The notes under the pieces: model-generated | Databases searched by the model: none | The model's input: the letters and a program-made list of their open reading frames with translations, nothing else | Told to the model about the DNA's origin: nothing | Program-made: the position numbers and the translations under genes | From: Chrysomallon squamiferum | Lineage: Eukaryota > Animalia > Mollusca | DNA: 64,000 nt | Direction: 5' to 3' | Assembly (NCBI GenBank): GCA_012295275.1 | Contig: CM022668.1 | Span: 4,960,001-5,024,000, forward strand | Shown here: positions 24,246 through 63,342 of the stretch, in pieces | Layout: each line of letters begins with the position of its first letter | Numbering within the stretch: the first letter of the stretch is position 1

Positions 24246-25031
24246 ATGCAATAGTAAGTTCGGAAAGCTAAGCTCTATTTCCCCCACTTTCCGGCACTTA
24301 ATAATATTTCCCAATGATATTCTAAAATCTAGATTTAATGTTTAGCATATCCTATGTTATATATGTACGTGTGATCGAATGTAAAACAATAAATAAATAA
24401 CTAAAACACTTACTTGTTGTAGGAGCTTAAATATAAAAAGAAAAAGAAAATACATAAACGTTTTTCACCGACATTTTCAACAAATTTAAACTTCTTTTAC
24501 AATTAATACATTATATATATAAATACGCTTATATTTTATAAAATCATCAAATACAGACATGAGAATTAGTAATCTTTAGTCAGTTCTTATATACGTTTAT
24601 TTGTATGTATGTCGATATGTATATGTGTACGCATGTATATATGAATATAGGAATGCATGAAATTAATTATGACAAAAAGAAGACTTACTTGTAGTAGCTT
24701 GAGAAAAAAAAGAAAAAAGAAAGAAACATAATACATCAGAAACGTTTGTATTTTAAAAAAGTTTTCCAATTAATTAAATATACTTTTATTGTTTTATATA
24801 TAATAAACATCATTCTTTTAAATTGTGAAATGTGATAAAACTGATTTATTATGCACCATCTGATGTACAAATGCATGAATGCACGTTTCAGTGTGGATGT
24901 ATTTTCGGATTTGAATAAAATACATAAGGAAAAGTATTACACTAAATATAGTGTAAGTATCTATTTAGGAATGCAGAGAAAATTATTTAAAATAAATAAA
25001 AAATAAATACAAAACATACTTGTTGTAGGCG
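22235..25031 (-). CDS. Micro-exon secreted protein, copy A3 (3' part; 5' end runs into gap)
   Basis: Micro-exons 25031-25020, 24697-24689, 24425-24414, 23599-23591, 23215-23207; Cys exon 22747-22631; terminal 22245-22235 (DMG*). Confidence 0.7.
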
Positions 25032-25126
25032 CTGCAATATAAACGAGAAATAAAATACATCAGAAGTAGGTTTAGAATGAAATTTAATAAAGTTTTTCAA
25101 CGATATATAAAATAAAAATGTTTCTA

Positions 25127-25326
25127 NNNNNNNNNNNNNNNNNNNNNNNNNNNNNNNNNNNNNNNNNNNNNNNNNNNNNNNNNNNNNNNNNNNNNNNNNN
25201 NNNNNNNNNNNNNNNNNNNNNNNNNNNNNNNNNNNNNNNNNNNNNNNNNNNNNNNNNNNNNNNNNNNNNNNNNNNNNNNNNNNNNNNNNNNNNNNNNNNN
25301 NNNNNNNNNNNNNNNNNNNNNNNNNN
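25127..25326. other. Assembly gap (200 N)
   Basis: Run of N; gene orientation flips across it. Confidence 0.99.
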
Positions 25327-25375
25327 TTAAATATAACGTTAAATGACTCAATGATTTTGTTTCTTTCCTTCACAG

Positions 25376-29400
<4,025 letters not shown>

Positions 29401-29534
29401 AAGAGAAATCTGGAGGAAAGCCAGACAAGCAGTCATGTCAATGATACGAAATAAATAAAATTATGAAAATATTTTTACTTTGGGTTATATCTCTTAATTA
29501 AATAAAATATATATGCACATAGTTATATATTCTT

Positions 29535-29565
<31 letters not shown>

Positions 29566-30817
29566 TTATTATTATTATTATTATTATGATTATTATTATT
29601 ATTATTATTATTGTAGTACAAGTAGTAGTAACACAAATTATTATTTTTATTTTCTTTTATTTTCTTTTATTTTTTAATTTACTATTTTATTGATATTCAA
29701 ATGCGAACGTAAAGTCTTTAGCTATTTGGGCACTCCACTTACACCAAGTGCTATAATAATACTAATAATAATACTACTACTACTACTAATAATAATAATA
29801 ATAATAATTTAAAATAAGTTCTGGTATAATGAAATAATAAACGAAGGAGAGTCTGAGGTACAGTGGATTCTACTACGTGACGTGTCGGTATTATTGGAGT
29901 TGTCCTGTTTTCGTGTCAACTTTCTATGTGTGAAGGTCATAACAGGTCACGTGACAATCGTGATGTGTTACATTAATAATGTCTATAGCAAAATCTTCCC
30001 CATCGTCGAAGTCAGTATCTCTTATAAAAGAATAAGAACAATAACAGCCACAACAACAAGAACAACAACAACAACAATAATAATAATAATAATAAGATGG
30101 TTACATCCTATGATATTTACCATATTGATACGTAGAAAACTCAACATCTGCCAACTAAAATTAATTTTGCGTTAGCGGCATGGGTCTTAGATCAGTGGAT
30201 AGATATTTTATAAATTTAAAAACTGAGCGATGACTGTAACATCTGAAGGTGACACAGAACGCAGTCTACGTCACGTTACTTCGTGTGAAGGTGATCACGT
30301 TATTGATTAGTGTATTTTCATCGAGGTGCATTACATATTTATTTTTGTTTATTATTATTTATTTTTTTAAATGGAATCAGGGATAAATGTGTATATAAAA
30401 TAAAACAGTGAAAACCGGTAGTGAGCTTTCGGTAACTTGATATTCAGACAAATAGTAATAAAGATGGTGACAATTCGAGCAAATCTGACTTGGATTTAAA
30501 CATTAATGTTAGTGTGTTAGAAGAATGAGACAACAATAAAGAAAAAGAGAAAGACGAAGAGCTCTATGTAATTATTTCCATAACCTGGCGACCGTCACGT
30601 GACAAAAATTAAGTATCCAATATTTTGTAATTCTGATGAGCTATTTTCTTTTCTACGTCACAACAGTGACATTTCACCTAGTCACGTGAGGGTCGCGATA
30701 GATTCCACTAATAGTATGTATCTAAAATAAAGATCACCACTTTCACCAACATCAACACACTTTATAATAACATCAACTACAATGGTAATATTAACAACAA
30801 CAACAACATTAATAATA

Positions 30818-30849
<32 letters not shown>

Positions 30850-31170
30850 GTAATACTAATACTAATACTAATAACAAATAGAAAAAAAATGAATGCATCA
30901 GGTATAGGAAAGACTAATATGGTGTATGTATGTATGTCAATTTATTATAAAAACTGAAAACAAAGCAAAATAAGACAGATGAAGTTCAATGTAGTCTGTT
31001 ATCTTGTTTCTAAAGTAAAACGACATGAAGGACACGAGAATTTTTCTTCCTGGAGAAGCAATAACTGACACGTATAAGATCACATCTGTTTTCTCTTTTC
31101 TAGAACTGAAATGATCCAAGTGAAACTTGATTGTCTGAGAATGAAACAAACAAAAACAATAAGACTCTAA

Positions 31171-31724
<554 letters not shown>

Positions 31725-32089
31725 TCTTGTTTTCTCACATTTTCCTTTATTGTCGCTGCTCAGTTCTAACCTATGTTAGGTTTCTCTGTTACAGATTTTC
31801 CATGCTGGCTGTTTCTTTATCGCTCTTATTTTCGTTATGCTTATTGGTGAAATAAATTACATTGAAAAAACGTGTACAGAATGTGAGTGATGAACAGCCA
31901 GCAATACAAACAGAAAAACAGAACAAGCACAATGACAACAAAGATAAACACACCAGTAACAATAACAATAAGAATAAAGTAAATAAAATAATAATAAATA
32001 AAATATTGAAATTATTAACAAAAGCAAATAAATTAATGAATGATTAGTAGAAATATTTGAAGCGTGTCACTTTACGATCGATTTTCTTC

Positions 32090-33010
32090 AGTTGTTTACT
32101 CTGATATATCCCGCACAAGACAATCAAGAGAAAAGTGATGGGTGGCTGAATATAAACTGAGAACAATTAATATTTATTGTCTTATCAGATTTCAATGAAA
32201 TTAGAAAATCACAGATGCAGTCACTGAACAGAACAGGACAGTAAATTAAGAGTGAAGGTGAACACAAGACAATCAAGAGAAAAGCGATGGGTGGCTGAAC
32301 ATAAGCAGAGAACATTTAATAGTTGTTGTCTTATCATATTTCAAAGAAATTAGAAAATCACAGATGCAGCTATTGAGAACAGAACAGTTAATTAAAAGTG
32401 TGATTTTCCACTGTACACGTTGACAAAAGAAACAAATATCAGTACGTCTCGCATTTCCAGAGCTCACACAGTTCAACAAAGTACAAGAAGCAGAACAAAT
32501 TATACTTTCCTTTACATTTTGTACCTCAGCTTATCCACAAACATAATAGTAACAACAACAACAACGATGAAAATAAATAATAATGAAAGAAAATTATTAA
32601 AATTAAAACAAAATCAAATAAATAAATGAATGAGTAGTACAAATATTTGAAGAGTGTCACTTTAAGATCGATATTCTTCAGTTGTTTACTCTGTTATATC
32701 CCGCAAAGACCATCAAGACTAAAACCGGTGAGTAGCTGAATATAAACTGAGAACAATTAATATTTGTAGTCTGTAACAGATTTCAATGAAATTAGAAAAT
32801 CACAGATGCAGTCATTAAACAGAACAGTTAATTAAGAGTGAAGGTGAACACAAGACAATCAAGAGAAAAACGATGGGTAGCTGAATATAAACTCAGAACA
32901 ATTAATAATTGTTGTCTTATCAGATTTCAATGAAATTAGAAAATCACAGATGCAGCTATTGAGAACAGAGCAGTTAATTAAAAGTGTAATTTTCCACTGT
33001 ACACGTTGAC
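32090..33010 (+). promoter_or_regulatory. B2 upstream region with four ~145-bp modules
   Basis: atttcaa(t/a)gaaattagaaaatcacagatgcag occurs four times; a duplicated promoter without exon 1 at ~32400-32490. Confidence 0.45.
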
Positions 33011-33098
33011 AAAAGAAACAAATATCAGTACGTCTCGCATTTCCACAGCTCACACTGTTCAACAAAGTCCTGAGTACAAGAAGCAGAAAAAACTGAAA

Positions 33099-37291
<4,193 letters not shown>

Positions 37292-37335
37292 AAGACTGGA
37301 GAAAGAAAATTCAGTGATGTTAATGATAAAAAATC

Positions 37336-37341
37336 AATAAA
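37336..37341 (+). terminator. Polyadenylation signal of B2
   Basis: AATAAA 45 nt after the stop; similar position in A and C copies. Confidence 0.6.
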
Positions 37342-37394
37342 AATGTGAAAATATTACTTCTCTTTATTTTAATTTTCTATTAAATAATTTATAA

Positions 37395-37434
<40 letters not shown>

Positions 37435-38899
37435 TTTTTAAAGTAAGATTAAATTAGTAGCAATAATTATTTTCGTAAAATTATTTGCTTTAGCATTTAC
37501 GTGTAAAAACTGACACACTGTCTTGTAATTAGGCTATTGAGAAATGCACACTGTATCGTAGACAATTATTTTCACAATGAAACATATAATGTTATTTGCA
37601 ATATCATCAGCAATATTAAATTTAGAAAATAATAATAACTGCAGCAAAGGCAGTTTAAACAAACTGCTATTGTGTACTATATTGTTAATTTAATTCCAAA
37701 TTTCTAACGTGAGCTATGTCTAAAATGACATACATGAAGAACAGATAATCAGGGTGAGTTATAAATATGGTGACGTTCTAAACTGTAGAAATCTGTTTAG
37801 GCCCAATGTCTTTAGCACTATCACTTAATAAAGCTGTTTGATAACTAAACTGAAATCTTACAGGCTCTCACACGATGTTAATAACTAACTGAATTGGTCA
37901 ATAATAAATTCAGTAGTAGTAACAATAGTAGTAGAATTCTAATAGAGGTTACAGTAGTAGTAGGAATAGTGGTGTAGAAAACAGCAGTAGTGGTAGTAGT
38001 AGTAGAACGAGCAGAAAATCATGGCAATCCTTCATTATTAGTAGTAAAATATTACTAGAGTCTTTTTTACATTCTGTAGCATTTATTTAACTTATTTGTT
38101 CAGTCTAAAATCTCTGTATATGTGATTAGTGTGTGCATTTTCTAACATCTCTGTCTTTACAGTAATGTCCTACGAAAACGGATGTTATTATGGTGGCTTG
38201 GCACCCTGAACTTTACTACTTTATATTATATTATATTATATTATATTATATTATATTATATTATATTACATTATATGAGTAAAATAAATTAGAAAAAATG
38301 TTATAAAATAGCGTTAAGTAAAGTAAAATAAAAATTAAATTGAAGACAAGTTAAGTAAGTAATAGTAAAGTAAAAATAAATAAAGAAAGAAAGAACTTCT
38401 AAAGTAAATTAATCTAAAGTAAAATAAATGAGGTAAACCATAGTAAAATGAAAATACAATATAAACAATAATAGAAATAAAAAGAACAAAAACAGAAACG
38501 AAACTTATCCAAACTTAGATGTCATTTATTTTTGTTAAATTGTAAAATACATAAATTTAAAGTGTTTCTGCAATGGTATGAAGAAAATCGTCTAATAAAA
38601 TGATTTATATTTCCTAATTTGTATCTGTTTTATTTGAGGCCATCTATCATGTATGATGAACTCTGACAATGATTCATTGCGCATCTGCTTATGTACAAAT
38701 GCATATATTGTAACATTAGTGCTGGAAATAGGCGAAAGAAGTCTTTCTTTCTTTCTTACTTTATTTCTTTATTCATTTGTTCGTTCACTTAATTCTATTA
38801 GCGGTTTTTGTGGGTTTTTTGTTTGATTTTTTATCTTTGATTTCGTTGTATTAACATTTTCCTATTGATTAGACCTTCATACATTGCTTTAATACTTTC

Positions 38900-38938
<39 letters not shown>

Positions 38939-39087
38939 GTATGTATGTATGTATGTATGCATAATGTCTGCTCTGTAGAAGATTCTTAGAAAGAAATTCT
39001 GGATTTCGAAGGATCTGTTTGAAGGTTTTTAACTGTTTGTTTTTTCCTGTTCTAATTTTACTTAGATCTCGGTGATTTTCATATAAC

Positions 39088-39159
<72 letters not shown>

Positions 39160-39820
39160 CATAAAACAATTTATTTTGTCTGTAACTCTTTTGTTAATGT
39201 ACTCGATGTGAAATGCCTACACATGAGTGTTTGTTTAAAATAATAAATAAATGTATTCACTTATCTAAGACCCATGCTGTTGTATGTGATCGAGTTATTA
39301 TTATTATTATTATTATATAAACGTCTACTAGACACAAATTACACAGTTGATTTTTTGCATAGTACAAATATCGTTCAAAGATAACAAACTATAATTTTGT
39401 GTAAGAAGCAATTAGCTGTAATATAAGTAAACATTAATACATGTTTACTGTAACGATATTTAAAATCTTCGACGTTTATTATATTAACTGGTGATTTTTA
39501 AATTTTGGAATACCGTTGTTCCAAAGAAAATAAACAAAGATTTCCGATAATATCCTAGAATCCCAGAAATATTACTTTATTATACAAATAAATAATTAAA
39601 AATACATTATGAACAGAATAAAATAAAATAACATTGTTACTATTGTTTTTATTGTAATGTGTGTTGATTATGTTAGATGGATATTATTAGTGTAATCTTT
39701 GTGTAATCTTTCATGACTCTCACGTGACATAGTGAAATGTCAAAGATATGACGTTGAAATGAAAATACGTCATCAGAATGATTAAAAAAAATGGATACTA
39801 GCGAAGTACTTCCTTTATTC

Positions 39821-39985
39821 AACGTCATACCAGACACGTCATACCAGACACGTCATATCAGACACGTCATGTCAGACACGTCATGCCAGACACGTCATAT
39901 CAGACACGTCATACCAGACACGTCATATCAGACATCATACCAGACACATCATATCAGACACGTCATACCAGACACGTCATATCAG
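39821..39985. repeat. 14-bp minisatellite (acgtcataccagac), ~11-12 copies
   Basis: Directly visible tandem array inside a copy of the intergenic element. Confidence 0.9.
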
Positions 39986-40501
39986 TGGCGTCACATTTCG
40001 TTTCGTCACGAGACAGTCACGATAGGTTATGGAAATCATTAGATCTGTCTCTTTTTCTTTTTCTTTATTTTGTCTCACTTTCTGTCTAACTTACTGGTTT
40101 TCACTGCTTTGTTGTTTTTTTTTATATTCATTTGTCTGATTCAAAAAAAAAAAAAAAATAAATAAAAAAAAAAGAAGAAATTTTAATCCACCTAAGTATT
40201 CTATTGAAAAATACAGCGGTAAGTCACGTGATAACCGTCACCCGGACCACACGAAGTAACGTCACGTGGACTGCGTCACGTGTCACCTTCAGATTTCTCG
40301 GTCAGTTCTTCCCGGTACACCAAGTGACAGCTTTTCTGTTTATCTCTCTGTTCTAAAATTAATAAAATATCTATCAACTGATCTGAGACCCATGCTGCTA
40401 GCACAAAATTAATTTTAGTTGACAGATGTTAATATTTCTTGCTTTTATGATGGTCAGTGTGATAGTTTGTGACCGAATTATTTTTATTATTATTAATATT
40501 A

Positions 40502-40545
<44 letters not shown>

Positions 40546-40683
40546 TTAAGTTCACATATGAATATGTAACAAAATAGTAAATAAAATAAAATAAAAGTAA
40601 TAATAATGCACATCAAGAAGAGAACAAAAACATTTAGTTTTAACTGCAAAGTTAATTTGAAACAAGAAAATAAATAAATTTAC

Positions 40684-40784
40684 CTTTGAGTGCAGCTGTC
40701 ACAGAAATGTCTGCCCCACCAACTTCCATGTGACTCCAATGTAGTGAAACATGCTACGACGACGACAAATAGAAATATTTTCAT
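40684..40784 (-). pseudogene. Orphan exon 1, copy C1
   Basis: MKIFLFVVVVACFTTLESHGSWWGRHFCDSCTQ(R), AG/GTAAAT donor; no exon 2, micro-exons or Cys exon found downstream. Confidence 0.7.
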
Positions 40785-40829
40785 TGTTACTGAGTCTTGT
40801 TTTAACTTCTTTCTACGAATTCCTTATCG

Positions 40830-40868
40830 ACTGACTTATTCTGAGAAAGGTAGAGCCACTTATAAATG
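40830..40868 (-). promoter_or_regulatory. TATA plus TCAGT initiator core promoter of C1
   Basis: TATAAG at 40864-40859 and TCAGT at 40834-40830, ~32 bp apart. Confidence 0.55.
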
Positions 40869-41390
40869 TTACTGAAAGAAAATATAAGAAAAAAAAGAAA
40901 AAAGAATAAAAGGTCACCTATTTATTGAACTATTTTTCAAGCATTTGAAATAAACCGTCCAGTAAATTTTAATTTAAATACATCAGCTGTTACGTGTAAT
41001 AAACATATTATCTTTTTCCCTGCGTGGTTCCCTTTTTTCACCTACCACAAAACAAACTGATTTATCCGTTTTATTTGGAAACTGGCGGAAAAAACTTGTT
41101 ATTTCTTCTCTCTTTTCTCTTTCTTTCTTTCTTTCTTTCTTTCTTTATTCAATTGTTGGTTAATTAATTTTTATTTATTTTGTTGTTTTTTGTTTAGTTT
41201 TTATATATTTAATTTTGCAGTATTCATTTTTCATATTACTTGGATATTCATCCATTGTTGTTTTTCTATATATATATAATTAATATACACACAGACACAC
41301 ATACACACATACACATACACACACATATACACACACACATACACACGCACATACACACATACACATACACACACACATACACATACACAC

Positions 41391-41529
<139 letters not shown>

Positions 41530-42036
41530 CAGGTAGGTGTTTGTTTAAAATAACAAATAAATTAAGTCACTTATCTAAGTCTCATGTTGCTAGAGAAAAT
41601 TAATTTTAGTTGACAGATGTTGTTTTATCACGTACTCATATCGTCAATTTTGTTGCTGTGGCCGAATTATTGTTGCTATTGTTGTTGACAGCTCACTACT
41701 GGTTTTCTCTGTTTTATTTTATATACGCATTCATCTCTGGTTCCATACAAAAATAAAATAAAATAAAATAAAATAAAATAAAAATGTAATCCACCTTGAT
41801 GAAAATACACTAATCAATAACGTGATCACCTTCACACAAAGTAAGGTCACGTAGACTGTGTCACCTTCAGATGTTACGGTCGTCGTTCTGTTTTTAAATT
41901 AATCAAATATCTATCCACTGATCTAAGACCCATGCCGCTCACGCAGAATTAATTTCAATCGGCAGATGTTGAGTTTTGTTCGTATTAATATGGTAAATAT
42001 CATAGGATGTAACAGTATTATTATTAGTAGTAGTAC

Positions 42037-42068
<32 letters not shown>

Positions 42069-42309
42069 TTCTTGTTGTTGTTGTTGATGTTATTGTTATT
42101 TTAATTTTATTATAAGGTATATTGATCTCGCTGAAGATATTGCTATAGACTTTATTAATATCACGACTGTCACGTGACCTGTTATGACCTTCACTGATAA
42201 AACGTTGACATGAAAACAGGACAACACCAATAATACTGACACGTCACGTGGTAGAGTCAGTCCACTGTACCCCAGACTCTCCTTCGTATATTATTCATTA
42301 TACTAGAAC

Positions 42310-42340
<31 letters not shown>

Positions 42341-42365
42341 CATTATCAGTAGTAGTAGTAGTAGC

Positions 42366-42399
<34 letters not shown>

Positions 42400-42672
42400 T
42401 TACCATGTGGGCGGAATGCCCAAATACCTCAATATTTTAAGTTCGCATTTGAATATGTAATAAAATAGTAAAGAAAAGAAAAGTAAAAGAAACTGAATGT
42501 AATAATCTGTGTTAATACTACTACCCCTTGTAACACTAGAACGACTACCAAAGGTTATTAAGAGATATAACCCAAAGTAAAAATATTTTTATAATTTTAT
42601 TTATTTCGTATCATTGACATAAAGACACGGAGAGAGAGAGAAAGAGAGAAAGAGAACGAGAGAGAGAGAGAA

Positions 42673-42836
<164 letters not shown>

Positions 42837-43008
42837 TCTTCGAAAATATGAGATAACTGTGTTTTCTGACAATGTATGATCTGATTTCTTTCTATTTTAA
42901 ATATATCCAAAATATTTTCACAAGTACAATATAACTAAATATATAGCTATCTAAACGAATAATGAATAAATAAATAGATTGTTTTCTAATTAATAAAGTA
43001 ATTCTTAC

Positions 43009-45485
<2,477 letters not shown>

Positions 45486-45534
45486 AGTTACTGAGTCTCG
45501 TTGTAACTTCTTTCTACGAATTCCTAACCGAGTG

Positions 45535-45570
45535 ACTGACTCTGAGAAAAGTGGAGCCGTTTATAAATAT
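45535..45570 (-). promoter_or_regulatory. TATA plus TCAGT initiator core promoter of C2
   Basis: TATAAA at 45565-45560; TCAGT at 45539-45535, ~28 bp downstream. Confidence 0.6.
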
Positions 45571-46445
45571 TACTGACACGTGCCAGAAAAAAGAAGAAAA
45601 AAAAGAAAAAAAAAATGAAAAGAAAAGAGAAAAGGTAATCTGTTTACTGAACTAGTTTTCACATGAACTGTAGAGTATATTCTAATTTAAATATAACAGC
45701 TGTCACGTGCTATAAATATATTTTATTTTTCCCTACGTGATTCTCCTTAAATGTCTAGCTCAAAAGAAAATTGTTTCTCTGTTTTATTTGGAAGCGGGCC
45801 GAATAATTATTTCTTTCTTTCTTTATTTATTTCTTTATTCATTTGTTCGTTCGTTTACTTTTTTCCTATATGTATTTATTTTCATTGTATTTGTTTGTTT
45901 TCGGTTTGGTTTTGTTTTAGGTTTTTATATTTAATTTTGGTGTAATAATTTATTTATTTATTTATTTTTTATTTATTTATTTTTTTTTTTTTTTTTTTGG
46001 ACCGTCAGATATTACTTTTTAATTCTGTCGATATATCAATTCTTGATTACGGTTCAAAATATTTGAAGGTTTTAAATGTTCTTCTTTTCCTGTGAGACAA
46101 TTGTGAATTTCACTGAAACTTGCGAATGTGTTTCGAGAAGACAAAAAGGAAAGAAAGGTCACCTATTTACTGAACTAGTTTTCAAACATTTGACGTAAAC
46201 CGTAGAGAGTACTTCAGTTGATATCTCGGATGTTACGTGTTATAAACTGGTTTCTCTCTTTTATTTCGAAGTGGACTGAAGAAGTCTTTCTTTATTTATT
46301 TCTTTATCTATTTGTTCTGAACTCTAGAAGATTCTCAAAAACAAACTCTTGATTATCGAAGCAAATCTTTGAAGGTTTTAAATGTTCTTATTTTTTTTTT
46401 CTGTTCTACTTCTACTGACATCCCGGGGATTTTTAAATAATAATA

Positions 46446-46523
<78 letters not shown>

Positions 46524-47354
46524 TAATAACAGTAATAATAATAATAATGATAATAATGTATTTTGTCCTAGTTTTCTAATGACCTGTAACTGTTTCGTTG
46601 ATGTACTCGAGGTGAAATTGTTTATACACGTGTGTGTTTGTTTAAAATAATTAATACATTTATTCACTCATATAAGACTCATGCTGTTAGACAAAAATTA
46701 ATTTTGGTTGACATATTACTTTAGATACATATTGTTAGTGTAACCTATCGCGACTGTCACGTGACAAAGTGAAATATCTCTGATATGACGTAGAAAAGAA
46801 AATAGGACTCAGAATGGTTACAAAATATTGGATATTAACTTTTCAAGGTCAAATATGTCGTGACGTCACATTTCACTTTCTCACGTGACAGTCGCCATAC
46901 GTTATGGAAATATTTAGACAGCTCTTGTCCTCTGTCTCTTTTTCTTTATTTTGTCCCATTCTTCTACCTGTCTAACACACTAACATTAATGTTTAACTGC
47001 AAGTCGGATTTGCCCGAAGTGTCAATTCTGGTTTTCACTCTTTTATTTTAATTACACAATTATACCTGATTCCATTTAAAATTTAAAAAAAAAAAAAAAA
47101 AAAACATTAATTAAAAAAATAGAAATGTAATCCATTTTGATGAAAATACACTAATCAATAACGTGATCACACTCACACGAAGTAACGTCACGTAGTCTGT
47201 GTCACCTTCAGATGTTACGGTCATCTTTCTGTTTTTAAATTAATCAAATATCTATCCACTGATCTAAGACCCATGCCGCTAAAGCAAAGTTAATTTTAGT
47301 CGGCAGATGTTGAGTTTTCTTCGTATTAATATAGTAAATATCATAACATGTAAC

Positions 47355-47427
<73 letters not shown>

Positions 47428-47702
47428 TCACCATTAGTAGTATTACCATGTAGGCGGAATGCATAAATACCTCAATATTTTAAGTTCGCATTTGAATATG
47501 TAATAAAATAGTAAAGAAAAGAAAAGAAAAGTAAAAGAAAGTGAATGTAATACTCTGTGTTAATACTACTACCGCTTGTAGCACTAGAAGGACTACCAAA
47601 GGTTATTAAGAGATATAACCCAAAGTAAAAATATTTTTATAATTTTATTTATTTCGTATCATTGACATGACTGCTTGTCGGGCTATCCTCCAGATTTCTC
47701 TT

Positions 47703-57012
<9,310 letters not shown>

Positions 57013-57212
57013 NNNNNNNNNNNNNNNNNNNNNNNNNNNNNNNNNNNNNNNNNNNNNNNNNNNNNNNNNNNNNNNNNNNNNNNNNNNNNNNNNNNNNNNN
57101 NNNNNNNNNNNNNNNNNNNNNNNNNNNNNNNNNNNNNNNNNNNNNNNNNNNNNNNNNNNNNNNNNNNNNNNNNNNNNNNNNNNNNNNNNNNNNNNNNNNN
57201 NNNNNNNNNNNN
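57013..57212. other. Assembly gap (200 N)
   Basis: Run of N interrupting C3 exon 2 on the left and the A5 intron before its Cys exon on the right. Confidence 0.99.
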
Positions 57213-57311
57213 AATTTTCATTAATCGACATAAGCTTAAAATTAAATAATGTTTTCGACATAGTTAAAATAATAAGCACTCACAGCATATATTGGATCAA
57301 AACAGAGTAAT

Positions 57312-57424
<113 letters not shown>

Positions 57425-57561
57425 AACACACACACACAGAAGCATAGATATAATTTTTATTCATAAAGAATCATTTAGTGTGTGTATGCTTTCTTAGGTA
57501 CATGTGCACGTATTGTTATAAAACTAATTTCTAAATCAGTAACTGATAAAGGTGAACTTAC

Positions 57562-61801
<4,240 letters not shown>

Positions 61802-62008
61802 GGTTGTTGTCTTCTTTTCAATTCTTCTGTTGAACTGATTACAGAATGAAGATCTCTGAGTGTGGCTGATAAATATTACTGAGATGTCCGCACGTGATGT
61901 AACAAGGGTCACGTGATTATTCGTATCAGTCCTTTTCAGTTTAGCCTGCAGCTGTTACACGTAGACATTTGTCTGATTTTTTGTGATGATTACTTTCATG
62001 AACTTAAA

Positions 62009-62071
<63 letters not shown>

Positions 62072-62156
62072 GAATAATGAATAAATTAATTAATAAAGAA
62101 AAAAAGAAAGAAAATATTGAAGAAAAAATTAGAGTTACGTTTCTTGTTCGGGATTG

Positions 62157-62240
<84 letters not shown>

Positions 62241-63222
62241 AACACAACCCTTCTCTGTTTCATTTTTTTATTTTGTCTCACAGTTCTAATAGTGTCACAT
62301 ATTAATACTAATACTCATGCTCCTTACATTTTGTATGTCTATCTTAGATTTATTGAATTTTTGTTACGTTTTCTCCATTTTAGGAACACTCAAATATTAA
62401 TCCCCCTAACCACACTTGATCAAGTCCAAAAAACAGTTACGTGTAACCTTCACTAGTTTGTACTATTAAAGTTCTAGAGAACTGAACAAAAAACACACGA
62501 ACAGACAGAACAGACAGAACAAACAGTACAAACACGTCACGCAGGCTGAGGAATGTTTCTCAGTGTACGTGGGGACACGTGCGTGTGTGCGTGTGCAAGA
62601 GTTTGTTTTTAACCAATAATAAAAAATGTATGCACTGATCTGAGACCCATGTTGCTAGCACACAATTAACTTTACTTGACAGATGTTACGTATTCTGCGT
62701 GTTTGCATTTTAGTTCGCAGACAAGAGACACGTCATGTAGAGTGTTTGTACCTGATTGACTTGTGATAACTTACAGTTATCCATCAGTTCTCACCGGTAG
62801 AGTCTACAACATTTCAGTTTAATTATGACACAACTTTGTTATATGTTACTGCTAAAGAAATTGGATCTATAAAGATTTCTGTAGTTGAGGGCCTCAGCAT
62901 GTTTATAGCTGATCCTAATTGTATCCTCTCTTCATGTTTATTTTATTTCAAATTATATCCTCTCTTCTCCAAACCCAGTTAAAAATACCGTTCCTATTAA
63001 TTACATGATTGTGTGTCAGCGTCTACATATAAATGTTAAAATAAATAATTTTAAGAAAAATACTAAAATGTGAAAACAGATAAATTTCAAACTCCCGTCC
63101 TGGAAATAGTTTTTTTAAATTCACAATTAAAAATAGAACAGTTCCCGTGACCTAGTTGAATAGAAGTTGGACGGACGTCAAAGGAAACACCTGTATTATT
63201 TGAATCAGTTACGTAAGGTTAC

Positions 63223-63342
63223 CATAGCAGCACACGTCAGATTCACCCGCCCTGCCATAGTCAACAGTTACAGAGCCAGAATTACGCACACAGCTTTGTA
63301 CTAACAGACACTCGGAAGATTCTCCTTGGTAATCCACACAAA
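63223..63342 (-). pseudogene. Divergent Cys-domain exon, copy D (5 Cys; rest beyond window)
   Basis: tttcag acceptor; 120 nt CVDYQGESSECLLVQSCVRNSGSVTVDYGRAGESDVCCY; weak GTAACC donor; 4th Cys replaced by Arg; upstream 12-nt micro-exon 63769-63758 has a donor but no AG. Not in the ORF track. Confidence 0.65.

Noticed and set aside
37741-38210. Possible extra plus-strand exons after B2 (ATAATCAGG at 37745; MSYENGCYYGGLAP* at ~38165)
   Set aside because: Downstream of the B2 stop and polyA signal, poor pyrimidine tract for the first, and no paralog support.
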